Positions 15,065-31,623 of a DNA stretch of 64,000 nucleotides are shown here, one piece after another (the first letter of the stretch is position 1; every line of letters starts with the position of its first letter). Made by a program: the position numbers and the translations under genes. Under the pieces are notes generated by a model. The model was not told where the DNA came from and searched no databases. It saw only the letters and a program-made list of their open reading frames with translations. This stretch comes from Octopus vulgaris (taxonomy: Eukaryota): the NCBI GenBank assembly GCA_951406725.2, contig OX597824.1, positions 92,504,001-92,568,000 of the forward strand. Reading direction: 5' to 3'.

Positions 15065-15110
15065 TTAGGCACACAGATAGACACACAGACAGACAAAAAG
15101 ACAGACAGAC

Positions 15111-15165
<55 letters not shown>

Positions 15166-15174
15166 CAGACAGGC

Positions 15175-15258
<84 letters not shown>
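14960..15258. repeat. (GATA)n/(GACA)n microsatellite
   Basis: Direct reading. Confidence 0.95.
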
Positions 15259-15260
<2 letters not shown>

Positions 15261-16003
15261 CAATGTTTTTCATATCATATCTCCAGACCCTCCATCACTC
15301 CAACACTATTCCCCTGAAATATTATCTCTTGTTCACATCGATATATACAACACTTATAACGCCAGTCGTTGCGTTTCCCTCACAGAGACATATAGACGCC
15401 GAGATACCTAATATATGCTAAATCATAATCATATTTGGAAAAAAGAATTCCTTTAATCAGAGAATTCTCCCTCGAACATACATCATTCATGAATAGATAT
15501 TTTGCACAATATTGCAAATATATTTTTAATTTACGCAATATTCGCCATATTTCAAGTATCTGGTTTGTTCCGTATTAAGTATAATATTTATTTTAGGGGA
15601 ATTATTGGAAGAAATATTACCTATGAATTTTATAAATAATGTTTATGTACTTATTGATTATTTCAAATAAATTAAAAATTTTTAATTTGTTTCTTCTTAT
15701 TTTAATGTAAATAGATTGAGTACAAGACTACAGTTTCGTTGCTTTTTTTTCTTCCTCTTTCCATGCTGTTATTTGGATTTCCATATGTGAATACTGTGCG
15801 CCAGCATCATCTGTCTGTATGCACAGATGCATGTACGTATGAATGTATGCCTGTAAGGGTATGTATGTATGAATATGCACACGAGGGCATTTGTGTAGAA
15901 GATATGCATTAAGCAATTTTCAAACATCTATACACATATACATCTTTTCAACCTTATGCATTTATATATAGTTGTAATTGTGTGTATAAGGCATGTATAT
16001 ATG

Positions 16004-16048
<45 letters not shown>

Positions 16049-16080
16049 GCATATATATATATGCATATATATATATATAT

Positions 16081-16132
<52 letters not shown>

Positions 16133-16178
16133 GCAGACAGATAGATATACACATATATATATATATATCATATATATG

Positions 16179-16223
<45 letters not shown>

Positions 16224-17340
16224 TTGTGGTTGTGTATGTGTGTGCATGTGTTTGTGTATATATATTGTACATTTGTGTACATATATGTATATATATATAC
16301 ACGTACACACATATAAGCACATTCACATATGCGTATATATATATTGTTTTTTTCTGTGAGTATTTGAATTTTGTGACTGTGTGTTTTCAGTTACACATAT
16401 ATCACCCCGGCCTGTGTTGCACCAAGTCTTGGTTGCAATGTTATTCCTGATACACGACAATTTTGAAATGCAAAAACTTCCTAAAACTATCAATAGATAT
16501 CTATTTACAAATGAGATATAAGTAATTACAAGAATGTTATAACGACGGTAAATATATTGTATGTATATTTCTATGTCTTATTTTCAGCAAGCATCAACCA
16601 TTTTCTCTGTGGAAATGTCATTCTCATTTTATTTTATTTTATTTTATTTTATTTTATTTATAATTATCACTCGCCAAATGCATTCTCTGAAAAATGTACA
16701 ACGGAGCATTGTGTACATATGTCTTTTTAAAGAGTGTTTTTAAATGTCTTTTTAAATAATCCTCGGTTCGCTCTGTGTCTCAAAGAAAGAGTGTCAAGGG
16801 ACAATCACTTTGGTTTAGATAAAATAAATAGCGTTTTGTTTGTTATTTGACAGAAATACTTCGGTCAATAATATATTTTGTGATTGAGCTTGGTCTTCTG
16901 TTCAAGATGTTTCTCTTACGTTTATAATACCGTAGTCTGTGTTCCGTGTGCCTGAGCGAAATAGTTCATTTCCCGTTGCTGTAATCTACTCAGTGGTAAT
17001 TGAGGTCTAGCTGTAACTTCGAAGTTCATCCTGCGACGGATTGGCTGTTTTAACTTTTATTACTCACTATTGTGATTTAGAAACTGGGTTAACCCTTATG
17101 GGTCCTATGGTTCGTGCCAGACCAACATGTAGTCTAATGTAAGTAGGCTTGGCAGTTTGATTAAGAATCTCAATTTCGGGTTCAGCCCCATTAAGTAAGA
17201 AAATTCTACACTAACCCTGGAACAATAAATGTCTTGTAAGTGAATTTGGTCGATAGAAACTGTATTAGGACGACCGTCGTAAACACATACACAATTATAT
17301 ATATATATGAGTGTGTGTGTGTGTGTGTGTGTGTACGTGC

Positions 17341-17494
<154 letters not shown>

Positions 17495-18396
17495 ATAGAG
17501 AGAGAGAGAGACTTAGATATATGTTGGTATCTCTATTTTGAGAGATTTAGATATGTGGGTACTACTGTTTTGTATTTGTCACCCCAAATGAAGTCAATAA
17601 ATTAATTACCAGACTTTAATATTGTGGTCGATTTGTTCGACTAAAAGTCTTCAAGCGAGTTCCTCAACATGGCTAATCCTTCAATCTCTGTAACAAGATA
17701 AATTTTTTTTTAAATTATGTCTATATCCCATATGTTTCGCTACATTTTCTACTTCGATATTCTGCTCACAAAACATTTTTATATCCGTGACAAGACAAAG
17801 TGACAAACGGAGAGCTGAAATATAGGACACCGTGTTACGAAGGAAGTACTTTTAAATATATATTGCGCTATAATTTATTAAAAAAATATTGCACTATAAT
17901 TCTAATATATATCTCTGTCAACAGAATTTCACATTTGCCCATTTTATACTACTGGGAGGACGAAAGATGTTCTTCGCTAAACTTTCATTTATATTTAATA
18001 CGAAAATAATTTGCTTTCACTAAAAGCCTCGTGAAATAATATATGAGACACAATTTACTGACCTGAATATATCTACCAACCTATAAATATCTACAAAGAC
18101 AGATCGGGCTTATAGCCGAGATATCATTATCATGAGAGAAAGCTTCTTCAGAATTATAATTCAAGAATCCCACTTTTTTCTATGTCTCCTTCTTGTGGAA
18201 TTGGTAACAATAATTGGCCATAATTTAATGGCATCAGTCGAATAATCTTTGACCTATATTCTAATTACATGCGCCGGTGTGTATTTACACACACACACAC
18301 ACACATACATACACCCATAAATAAACATGCATGTACACACATTCACAAACACATACACACAGACACGTTCATGCAAACGCACATATACATATATGC

Positions 18397-18548
18397 TGGC
18401 TATGTGGTAAGAAACTTGCTTCCCAAGTTCATGGTTCCGGGCTCAGTCCCACTGCGTGGCACCTCCTACAAGTGTCCTGTACTATATTCTCGGGCCGACC
18501 AAGGACTTGTGAGTGGATTTGATAGACGGAAACTGAAATAATCTCGTC

Positions 18549-18552
<4 letters not shown>
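18397..18552 (+). mobile_element. SINE family B, 5' half
   Basis: TGGCTATGTGGTAAGAAACTTGC...GGATTTGATAGACGGAAACTG then (TA)n. Matches 63088-63240. Confidence 0.85.
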
Positions 18553-18591
<39 letters not shown>

Positions 18592-19073
18592 TGTGTGTGT
18601 GTATTATAATGGGATAATTACTATGAAGCATTGTGCAGAATATATTGTATAATAGATCGTAGGTAAAGCCAAAACAGTGCGAAGTAAACGTAAGGTAAAT
18701 CACAACTAAACGTCGGAAACATTCGTCAATTTCTTGAAAACTCCGAAATATTGAATACAAAGTAACTCTACATTGATTCACATATTTGTTTTCTTGTAAT
18801 TTACCTTCCATTTACCTTCGCATTTACTCACGCTCTTTTATATGCATGTATGTATGTATGTGTGTATGTATGTATGTATGTATGTATGCATGTATGTATG
18901 TATGTATGTATGTGTGTGCGTTTGTATGTATACATGTATGTATACATGTAAGTATGTATGTATGCATGTATGTATGTATGTATGTATGTATATATATTTG
19001 CGTGTCTGTATTTGTCTCCCACACCGGTGTTGGTGTGTTCACGTCCCCGTAACGTAGTAGAATAAGTACTAAA

Positions 19074-19262
19074 CAGGCGACCCCTGTTGTACTCTTTCGC
19101 CACAACTTTCTCTCACTCTCTCTTCCTGTTTCTTGAGTAACGCTGCGATGGACTGGCGTCCCGTCCAACTGAAGGGAACACACACGCCACAGAAACCGGG
19201 AAACCGGGCCCATGAGGCTGGCTAGGTTTGAAAAGGCACATAAATAAATAAATAAATATATA
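19074..19262 (+). mobile_element. 5'-truncated SINE family A (short-tail subfamily)
   Basis: Matches 45958-46138; (TAAA)n tail. Confidence 0.85.
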
Positions 19263-19611
19263 CTTAGCCAGATTTATTCTTTCACACAAAAGTCCTGACA
19301 CCATAACAATTAATCTCTGCTGTTTATCCTTTCCTACACATATTGATTATTTTTCTATTAATTTTCTTTCGACCATTGCTAGTATTTTATATTAATTATC
19401 CAATACTCCAGAAGAGAATTGACTTAACATATCTGATAATTCCTGTATCTAATTTTTGTATCGGATATTTTCCACGTAACATTTTCCTTAACAATTTTGA
19501 TAAATCATCAACTACATATTATCACAAGATACGCACCAATACCATTATATCAATATACCTTCTGCATATATTCAATTCTCTACCATATATATATATATAT
19601 ATATATATATG

Positions 19612-20215
19612 CCGCTACCCTCATTTGCACCTCTTGTCAGGAGGTAGGTTCATCTACAATTCTCGACAGGAAGAGGTCCAATTGTGATTTGAAAAAACCT
19701 ACATCCACTTTGTGTAGGTCTCTCAGGCTCTTTGGGAGAATATTTTAAAGTTGTTGGTCCCTGAAACATAGGCTGTTGCAATGACTGGTCCTCAAGCGCA
19801 ATGGCATTGTTGGAATCTTTGTCACTGTGCAGTGCCCACTCGATCTCCATTTGTGTAGCGTTCTATGACAAAATTTGGCACAGTTCCTTCCACGATCTTC
19901 CAAATGTATAATACTACTGCATACATCTTCCGCCATCGATCCCGGGAGAAGATTCTTAGCTATTTCAGCCTTTCTCAGTAGCTGAGTTGTTGCAATAAGT
20001 CGATCTTCTTTATGAAGCTTCTCTGGATTGCTTCAAGGCCCGCTGTTAATTTTACACTGTTGGGTGACCATAGCTGCGAGCATGAGTCCAGGCAACCGAG
20101 GAGGAATTTCCTCCAGAGGGCCATCACAGTTTCCTTCTCTCTTGTTCTGAACATTATCAGGATCCATCCAGTCAGTCGTCTGACTTTGTCCTTATCCTGG
20201 TAATGTGCACATGGA
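19612..20215 (-). pseudogene. Degraded CR1/L2-type LINE RT C-terminal fragment
   Basis: Frame-shifted translation ..LTGWILIMFRTRE..LDSCSQLWSP..LEAIQRSFIKKI..LSY*ERLK*L..YIWKIVEGTVPNF..NILPKSLRDLHKVDVGFFKSQLDLFLSRIVDEP. Confidence 0.85.
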
Positions 20216-20537
20216 AAGAGGGATTATCACTCTTATATATATATATATATGTGAGTGTGTGTGTGTGTGTGTGTGTTCATTTGTATAAATATCTTTGTGT
20301 ATTATTTAATACAGTTAGTTCTTTTAATAATAAATTTAAAATATTGTTATAATATCACTATACCATACCTATAAATCTTTATATATGTATGTGAATGTAT
20401 ATATTTGTGTATATGTATTTATCGGTTTAAACTAATTTATGTGTACTTCTAATCATAAGGATCCTATGTAGATGTAAATGTGAGTACATACGTTTGTTTG
20501 TACGAGTATAAACTAACATACACAAGTTTCTTCATTA

Positions 20538-20608
<71 letters not shown>

Positions 20609-20649
20609 GTGAATATGCATATTTTACGTATGCGGGTAGACGTATATCT

Positions 20650-20890
20650 TTCTCTCAAAGAGCCTGAAGAATCTATACAAAGTGGATGTAGGAGATTTCA
20701 AATCAAAACTGGACCTTTTCTTGTCAAGAGTCCCAGATGAACTTACCTCGTGGCAAGAGGTGCAAATAAGAGTAGGGACATCAAAATTCCTTATTCAGCA
20801 AGTGCCACATATTAGAGAAGGCTCTCAATGATAACGGTACAGCAAAATGGCGGTCCCCAGCATGGCCGCAGCTTTGAGCTGAAACTATAA
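20650..20890 (+). mobile_element. 3' end of the same CR1/L2-type LINE (ORF end + 3'UTR stem-loop)
   Basis: Homologous to reverse complement of 19612-19740 and to 54076-54235. Ends CAGCATGGCCGCAGCT-TTG-AGCTGAAAC. Confidence 0.8.
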
Positions 20891-20895
20891 TATAA

Positions 20896-20934
<39 letters not shown>

Positions 20935-20992
20935 TACTTACACACACACACGCACACAAACACACACACACGCACACAAACACACACACACG

Positions 20993-21026
<34 letters not shown>

Positions 21027-21364
21027 CGGAAGTATGCGCGCATAAATAATTATTTTATTCACTAGATGTCTGAATAATTTCAGGATTGGTTAAATATTTC
21101 ATTATCTTTTTTATTTTTTATGATAATCTAGAATTTTAGATAAATTAAATTTCACTGAATTTCATTTTATGATCAGTGACCAATATTATTCACTTCCTGA
21201 CTCAATAAATATCATTTTATCTAGTACCATTATTATTATTTATGATAATCTAAAATTTTAGCTGTCATAAATTTATTTCAATTATTCACATCCACAGTAA
21301 TTTAACAGAAACTAAGTTATAAAGGGAAAATATATCATATGTATATATATATATATATATGTAC

Positions 21365-21437
<73 letters not shown>

Positions 21438-21540
21438 TATGTGTATGTGTGTGTGTGTTTAGATATATGTAGGTATTCGTGTATGTGAATATATATATAT
21501 ATGTATGTGCATGTGTTTGTACGAATATATATATACATTA

Positions 21541-22385
<845 letters not shown>

Positions 22386-22404
22386 TCCACTAGCAATTCA
22401 TCAG

Positions 22405-22792
22405 GCAAACAAGGACAAACAAACGGATTAAGTCGATTACATCGACCCCAGTGAGTAACTGGTACTTAATTTATCGACCCCCAAAGGATGAAAGGCAAAG
22501 TCGACCTCCGCGGAATTTGAACTCAGAACGTAACGACAGACGAAATACCTATTTCTTTACTACCCACAAGTGGCTAAACACAGAGAGGACAAACAAGGAC
22601 AAACAAGGACAGACAAACGGATTAAGTCGATTACATCGACACCAGTGTGTAACTGGTACTTAACTTATCGATCCCGAAAGGATGAAAGGCAAAGTCGACC
22701 TCGACCGAATTTGAACTGAATACCTAAGGGCAGACAAAATACGGCTACGCATTTCGCCCGGCGTGCTAACGCTTCTGCCAGCTCGCCGCCTT
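22405..22792 (-). mobile_element. SINE family C, partial tandem dimer
   Basis: Head GGCGGCGAGCTGGCAGAAGCGTTAGC at 22792. Central GCCTTTCATCCTTTCGGGATCGATAAGTTAAGTACCAG (recalled as a Meta-SINE-like domain) present twice. Confidence 0.9.
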
Positions 22793-23625
22793 ACACACGC
22801 ACATATATCACCTTCAGATGAATTTTGCGTGCAATACTTCATGCGATTGACTATATACATGACAATATCCGTAACGGCCATCTTAGCACTTGACTGTAAT
22901 TTTTTGTACCGTTTCCTCAGTTTGCGAAGCTAAAAACACTCTCGTCGCAAACGCTGCGCTATTTCAATTGATTTTTATAACGACTTCAGTAAGATACACA
23001 AATTAAAGACGTGTTCTTCGTTTTTCATTTCATTTATTAACAACTTTATTAAATTAATCCGCTTGTAATCCATGTCAATTCTAGGGTAAAGATTCTGACA
23101 TAAAACAGAGAGAAATACTTGACATGGTAATCCGATTGCTTGCATAAATTTTATTAGTTCGTCATGAATTATTCGAAATTCATTAAACACGTTCTATGAA
23201 GTATTCTCTCTTTCGGGTAGTTCTTGTATCAGATATTTGAAATTTTAATGGACTTTTCAATAATTTACGGTAATAAATATAGAATCAACTGATTACATTC
23301 CATTTGATGGCAACAAAATTTAATCATTAATTTGTTGGGGTTTTTTTTATCTCATGCAGTCGCCGTCTTCGTTATCAGAAAGCTTGTATGAGTGTTGTGC
23401 GTGAGTTGCTTTTAATGCTAAGATTAATTTTTATAATGAATAAAATTATTCTTTTACCTTTCAAGATTGCGGTCATACTGGAGTATAGCCTTCGAGGCTG
23501 ACTGTCAAACACTATCAATCCTATACTCGCTTCGGAATTTTGTATTTTAACATCGGTTTTTATTACTTTAACGGTAAATATAGAGTACATTAATATGCAT
23601 ATTATAAACACATACAGACAAGCAA

Positions 23626-24400
<775 letters not shown>

Positions 24401-24884
24401 GCAAGCATACACAAACACACACACACATATATTTGTATGCATGTATGTATGTTTGTATAAGATGGAAGTGTGTCTGTGAGTAACAATGACTTCGAAGTGT
24501 ACTCCTGTCAGCTTTTGTAGAATTATATAAACGTCCGACTAAAACCTAACAAAACGACATTTCGAAGTTACTAACAGCAACCTTCTAAAGCTATAATAAC
24601 TATATATACTAGAAAATGTCCTTCCGGTATTCCTTCAGTTTAATGTAAAATTGTGTTTATTTAACTCTATATAAACGCAAATATTAATATATATATATTA
24701 ATATTAAAGTTTGCTTATTTATATAAATTTGTATAAAAATATGAGCATTTATTTGAAGGATCACTGAATATTTTTAATAGAATTTACGTATTTACTAATT
24801 TGTACAAGGAAAAATTTGACATTGACTTGTAAATTTTGACTATCTGACTGCTGTTTACTGTAGTTTCCTACCCGTATATCTATA

Positions 24885-25445
<561 letters not shown>

Positions 25446-25465
25446 AAATCCAAAAAGAACAAACA

Positions 25466-25526
<61 letters not shown>

Positions 25527-25544
25527 CACTACGCCATATGCCCA

Positions 25545-25619
25545 CGGACATATGACCTAGTAGTAAAGAGCGCGGGCCACTAACCCCAAGATTCCGAGTT
25601 CGATTCCAGGCAGGTATAT

Positions 25620-25707
<88 letters not shown>

Positions 25708-25855
25708 TCGAAAAATACTTTAGCAATGAGATCCTAGGTTCGAAATATCCCCAACAACCCTGATGAAGGCTGGAGGGTATATCAGCCAAAGTGTTGTGTT
25801 AACAACAAACAAGATGAGGAGAAATATCCGTCGAATGTAAATAGTGTAAATAATG
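25545..25855 (+). mobile_element. tRNA-headed SINE with (AAT)n spacer and decayed HHR tail (family H2), uninterrupted copy
   Basis: Head ..GAGCGCGGGCCACTAACCCCAAGATTCCGAGTTCGATTCCAGGC, then (AAT)n 25623-25706, then tail with CTGATGA-A-GGCTG..CAGCC-AAAGT-GTT-GTGTT at 25760-25800. Confidence 0.8.
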
Positions 25856-26630
25856 GAGAAAATAAAAATGGTAAAGAATTAGTTTACTCAGGCTTCTTTT
25901 CAATTTTCAATTACAACAGGGTGTGATATATGAAGATTTTGGCTGTTATATTTAGTCAGATTTAAATCTCCAGTTAGGCATCGTTCATCTTAACTCTAAT
26001 GCTTATATGTTATAGAAACTCGGTAGGAAACAATATTTTGACATTTATAATACATGAAATATTTAATATGAAACGTCCTCCATTTTGTCCTTTGAAGTCT
26101 GGTAGAACATTCTAGACTAGAAGTTGATTTAAAGATGCGGTTGACGTGTTCACTCAATTTGATTTGGACAAGGTAATTTAATTGCATATTTATTTTCACT
26201 GTTATCTACTACATACAGATAGCATGTATACAAGTCGCTATGTCCTTAATATCATTTAATAAATGATGTACGCCTTGGCCACCAAATAGAATGAAATTTC
26301 GGTTTCTTATGCTGCTACAAATAACATTCAAACTCTTTGAAATCGCGTCTAATTTGTTTTAAATTTATTATGAACAACAGAAAAGGTAGTATGAGATAAA
26401 TTTCTTCTGAACAAAGGGGGAAAAAGCGAAATTATAACTCTAGAATACTTGTTAGATATTTTCTCCATCCGGGATTTGTCGAACTCAAAAAGACTAGAAA
26501 CAAGTGTCAAATTTCAGCCCCATATTCTAAATAACTGTGAATAACAGGCTTTCCATTGGATGCTTTGCTTTAACAAACCCTTGGAATTTGACAATAATAA
26601 CTAATAATTTAGTCGATATGGTTTGCTAGT

Positions 26631-27013
26631 CGTGGAGGCGCAATGGCCCAGTGGTTAGGGCAGCGGACTTGCGGTCGTAGGATCGCGGTTTCGATTCCCA
26701 GACCGGGCGTTGTGAGTGTTTATTGAGCGAAAACACCTAAAGCTCCACGAGGCTCCAGCAGGGATAGTGGTGATCCCTGCTGTACTCTTTTACCAAAACT
26801 TTCTCTCACTCTTACTTCCTGTTTCTGTTGTACCTGTATTTCAAAGGGCCGGCCTTATCACTCTCTGTGTCACGCTGAATATCCCCGAGAACTACGTTAA
26901 GGGTACACATGTCTGTGGAGTGCTCAGCCACTTACACGTTAATTTCACGAGCAGGCTGTTCCGTTGATCGGATCAACCGGAACCCTCGTCGTCGTAACCG
27001 ACGGAGTGCTTCC
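26631..27013 (+). mobile_element. Full-length tRNA-derived SINE (family A) with 13-bp TSD
   Basis: A/B boxes (TGGCCCAGTGG, GTTTCGATTCC). TSD ATGGTTTGCTAGT at 26618-26630 and 27014-27026. Confidence 0.95.
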
Positions 27014-28189
27014 ATGGTTTGCTAGTATTAAATAAAAGTTGTGTTTCTTTTGGCTTACTCGAATTCGAAATTAAATAAAATAAAATTCTGTACCAGTAAT
27101 ATACTTCGAAGAAATGAACTGTTTATATTAAACACTTGAAAAGTGTTTAGTATACACTTCTTTTCGTCGGCATTTTTCTTCTGTTGAAGATAGAATATAC
27201 CTGTTAGCAAAATTCTCCGTTTAAGTTATAATGAAGATATATATTTCCACCTCCCTCCAGTTTCCTTCTTCCAGTTCTCTTACATCGAATATTACGTTAT
27301 TTTTTCAGTCAAAAATTCTAAATAGAAATTTAATATCGTTAAAATGAAAATGTTTTGAATTCCATTTTCTGTTCTTCTTAATGTTAAGATATTTTGTTTC
27401 TATTTTATCCATGAAATTTTATATTAATAAAAAGATACAATTAAAACCACTCTATTTCTTATTTCCTTTATTCGTTTTTGCTCAATATGACAATTTCAAT
27501 ATTCCACACGTTTCTCTGCTTCTACATAAAATGCGTATTCAAATGAAACGTTTAAAATATATTTCAACAACGATTTAAGCTTTATTTTTATTGTATTGTG
27601 GTTTCGGCGGACATTTCTATTAGATATATTGTTGGCCAATGCAAAATATTTTCTCTTTTCTACAATGATTTCAGATAGACATATTTGTCAGCTTACAGAC
27701 AGAAAGAAGAAGATACCAATACAGAGATATTAAGTGATAAATGATGTGTTCTGTCAAGATATATTCGGAAGTAGCAGATCTGATGCGTGTAGCGCAGTGA
27801 TGTAAGCAACGTCTGTACATGCTACAGTTACTAGCAATCGGAATTACTCGTAAGAGTAATAATCAAAATTGCAATGTCAGCCATATTCATGAGACCATTG
27901 CTACAGTAACGAGAGCATAATATTGGTGTAGTTTTGTAATTGCCGTATAGTCGAACTAATTGACACGGAGATAGAAACGAAGTGTTGCAATAGAAAATAA
28001 GTATATTTTATACAGTTTTATGTAAAACTCAGACATGATTTACAGAGAACAATACTTAGAGATCACTGTGAATTAAATCTCTATATATATAAACGGCAAA
28101 ATATCTGTCTGAGTGTGTGTCCTTTATACATATCCACAATGAGTAGGCGAAAGAATGAGAAAAATGGTGGTTTCGAATTTTTGCACAAG

Positions 28190-28382
28190 GCCAGCAATTT
28201 TAGAGGAGATAATCGATTACGTCGACACCAATCTTCAAATGCTGCTTATTTTATCGATCATCAAATGATGAAAGACAAATTAAATTTCGACGGAATTTCA
28301 GCTCAGAATGTAGAGAGTCTAAATAAATACTGCTAACCATTTTGCCCGTCGAACCAAATGGTTCTGCTAGCTCTCAGCCTTA
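28190..28382 (-). mobile_element. Old SINE family C
   Basis: Degenerate match to 47282-47497. Confidence 0.65.
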
Positions 28383-29567
28383 GAAGGAATAAAATATTAA
28401 AACGAAAGAAATGTTAAAGCGCCTGATGTTCAATAAGTCAGCACAGAATCAGCTACGCCAAATAAGTGGCGCCACAACGACTGTGCCAAAACGACTCGTA
28501 CCGCACGGCATTGCCAGCGAATTACAGCAATCGAAACTGCTGAGCTTTTTCTTAGATAACTAACCATATTTTGGAGGTGGAAGGCTTGCATGAGTGGACT
28601 ATTGCCAGCCTTTGTCTAAATATCTTGCCAAGGAATATGCGCAGAAATGAATATACAAGGATAATCTTAATCAATAAAGGTCTGATCTGTTTAATATCAG
28701 TGAAAAATCAGAGAGAGGGAAAGGTTAAAACAGCAACGCACATGAGAAAGTCCATCGACTGCGATGTTCACTTCTCTAGGATTACATTTGCGCATACATT
28801 ACAGAAATCTTATTTATCAAGAATATTTCGAGATAATACGATTATAATTTTTGAACTATTAATCTCATTTTTAGAGTTTCACAATTTTGTTGTTGTTGTT
28901 GTTTTCAAAGATATTTATATTTTTACTAAGTTTGATATCTGATCCTCCGGGATATCTTTACATCTAAAAATAAGACAATTCTATCAGAGATCAAACTCAT
29001 TGATATCTAGTGCAAATAATATCATCTGAAAAGCTAAGCTTAATAATCTGAAATGTCATAATCATATTAGCAAAAAAACTTCTCTGAGACTTTTCAGATA
29101 TTCAGTTATAACAAAACAAATAATTATTAGATTATCGTCTTTTCTTAAATATGATACAAATAGAGAAATGCGTTTATGAATGATGGCATTCAATGGTTAG
29201 AAACGCTACTCGACATGGTATTCATTCACCCAGCGCTAGATTAACTATGAAGCAAAATAAGCAGGTGCTGCGGGCATCAATGGAAGTTGGGAGCACAACA
29301 GAAATGGTAAATGGATTACGGTACAAAAGAAATCACTTTAAACTTGCTAAAATAATGTTCGGGATACTTTTATCTCTATTAAGTATAGATGCAGATGTGT
29401 TACCTAAAATTAATTTTGAGGAGGAAACTTTTCAAATACAAATAAAGTGGAAGTAGAAAAAATAAACATTATTTTCGCATCTCACTGTTTTGTTTCGTTT
29501 TGAAACATAATCAAAGTATTTTAAGTGCCCAGGGCCTCAATGGGTGTTAATCCGACCCTGCCCTCAT

Positions 29568-29794
29568 CTCTTTTACTCTTTTACTCTTTTACTTGTTTCA
29601 GTCGTTTGACTGCGGCCATGCTGGAGCACCGCCTTTAATCGAGCAACTCAACCCCGGGACTTATTCATTTTGTAAGCCCACTACTTATTCTATCGGTCTC
29701 TTTTGCCGAACCGCTAAGTAACGGGGACATAAACACCAGCATCGGTTGTCAAGCAATGCTAGGGGGACAAACACAGACACACAAACACCACACG

Positions 29795-29863
<69 letters not shown>

Positions 29864-30027
29864 GACGGGCTTCTTTCAGTTTTCATCTACCAAATCCACT
29901 TATAAGGCTTTGGTTGGCCCGAGGCTATAGTAGAAGACACTTGTCCAGGGTGCCACGCAGTGGGACTGAACCTGGAACCATGGGGTTGGTAAACAGGCTA
30001 CTTACCACACAGCCACCCCTGCGCCTA
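29568..30027 (-). mobile_element. Full-length SINE family B
   Basis: tRNA-like head, internal (TA)n/(CA)n, tail GGCGGTGCTCCAGCATGGCCGCAGTC-AAAC-GACTGAAACAAGT(AAAAGAGT)n. Confidence 0.95.
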
Positions 30028-30029
30028 TA

Positions 30030-30063
<34 letters not shown>

Positions 30064-30387
30064 CATACATACATACATACATAAGCATATAATAACAGTA
30101 GGCAGTAATACTTTCTCTCATACGTACCCGTTATGTTACTGAAATAATTGTGACTTGTAATGTAGACAGAAAAATCTTCAAATTTGGAAAATGCGTAATT
30201 GTGTATACTCAGTTTATGTAAAGGCCAGTATTTCCTTACTACTTTGCTTGTCGAGCAAAGAATAATGATGCCTGTCAACATTGTAGGCATTTCAATTGGA
30301 AATCGAAACCGGTGTAAATAGTTACTATATATATAATTTCTTAAGGTTTTACTATATTTCTTACTATATATATAATTTCTTAACATA

Positions 30388-30605
30388 AGGCTGCGAGCTG
30401 GCAGACACGTTAGCGCGCCGGACGGAATGCTTAGCGGTATTTCGTCTGTCGTTACGTTCTGAGTTCAAATTCCGCCGAGGTCGACTTTCGGGGTCGATAA
30501 ATATAAGTACTAGTTTCGCACTGGGGTCGATGTAATCGACTTAATCCCTTTGTCTGTCCTTGTTTGTCCTCTCTATGTTTAGCCCCTTGTGGGCAATAAA
30601 GAAAT
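30388..30605 (+). mobile_element. SINE family C (small internal deletion)
   Basis: GGCTGCGAGCTGGCAGACACGTTAGC...GAGTTCAAATTCCGCCGAGGTCGAC...TTAGCCCCTTGTGGG. Confidence 0.9.
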
Positions 30606-31252
30606 ATATATATATATAATGTCTTACTCGATGCACCGATTCGTCTCATCTGGAGTCATTTTCAGTTAAATAATATTAGTTCTTAATTTCGGCACCCAAT
30701 TTCAGGGCATGGAATTATTGATTGGCAAGTTATTATTTCATTTTGTTCGGAAGGGTGTAAATCCAAATAGAACTTGAAAGGGATTTAGAATTAGAAGGTA
30801 TGACAAAGAATCGACGAATAACGGGTTGCATTTTGATTATTTGTTCATGGATTTCGCTAATACGCTGACTCAATATCTACAACAGTATCTACAAGAAAAT
30901 GGATAAGTGTAAGAAAAAAGAAAAGTAAAGAGAATGCATAGGAAACACATATAAAATCCGAGCGACAGAATTAAACGTTACAATATAATACATATCGAGG
31001 TCATAAAAGTGAAAAATAGACACAATGCGATATTTAGAGTAGCAATTTAAACAATAGTGACATTGGTGTAAAAGCGACTTATTTGAAAGGAAATAAATAT
31101 TTAGTACACGACGGTGGATTACGGCCGCTAGCTGAGAAGAGAAGGAAATTATGTAATCAAAGAATGAAATATTAGCGAATGGTAAGTCGGATGAAGCATC
31201 TAGGAAATACGTCATTTCTTGCGAAGACGCCACTATATAAATTGTACATGCA

Positions 31253-31330
<78 letters not shown>

Positions 31331-31424
31331 CATATACTTATATATAAATATATTTATATATATATATATATATGAATGTATGTATCTATCTATCTGTCAC
31401 TCTCTCTCTCTTTCTCTCTCTCTC

Positions 31425-31463
<39 letters not shown>

Positions 31464-31572
31464 ATACTTATATATAAATTTATATATAATATATATATAT
31501 ACATATACATATATATATATATATATATATGTGTGTGTATATGTATCTATATATACATATTTACATATATCA

Positions 31573-31623
<51 letters not shown>

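Noticed and set aside
26631-26710. tRNA gene (also 5442-5520, 45821-45900)
   Set aside because: These tRNA-like heads lack a proper acceptor stem and run into SINE bodies, with TSDs at 26631 and 45821; they are SINE promoters, not tRNAs.
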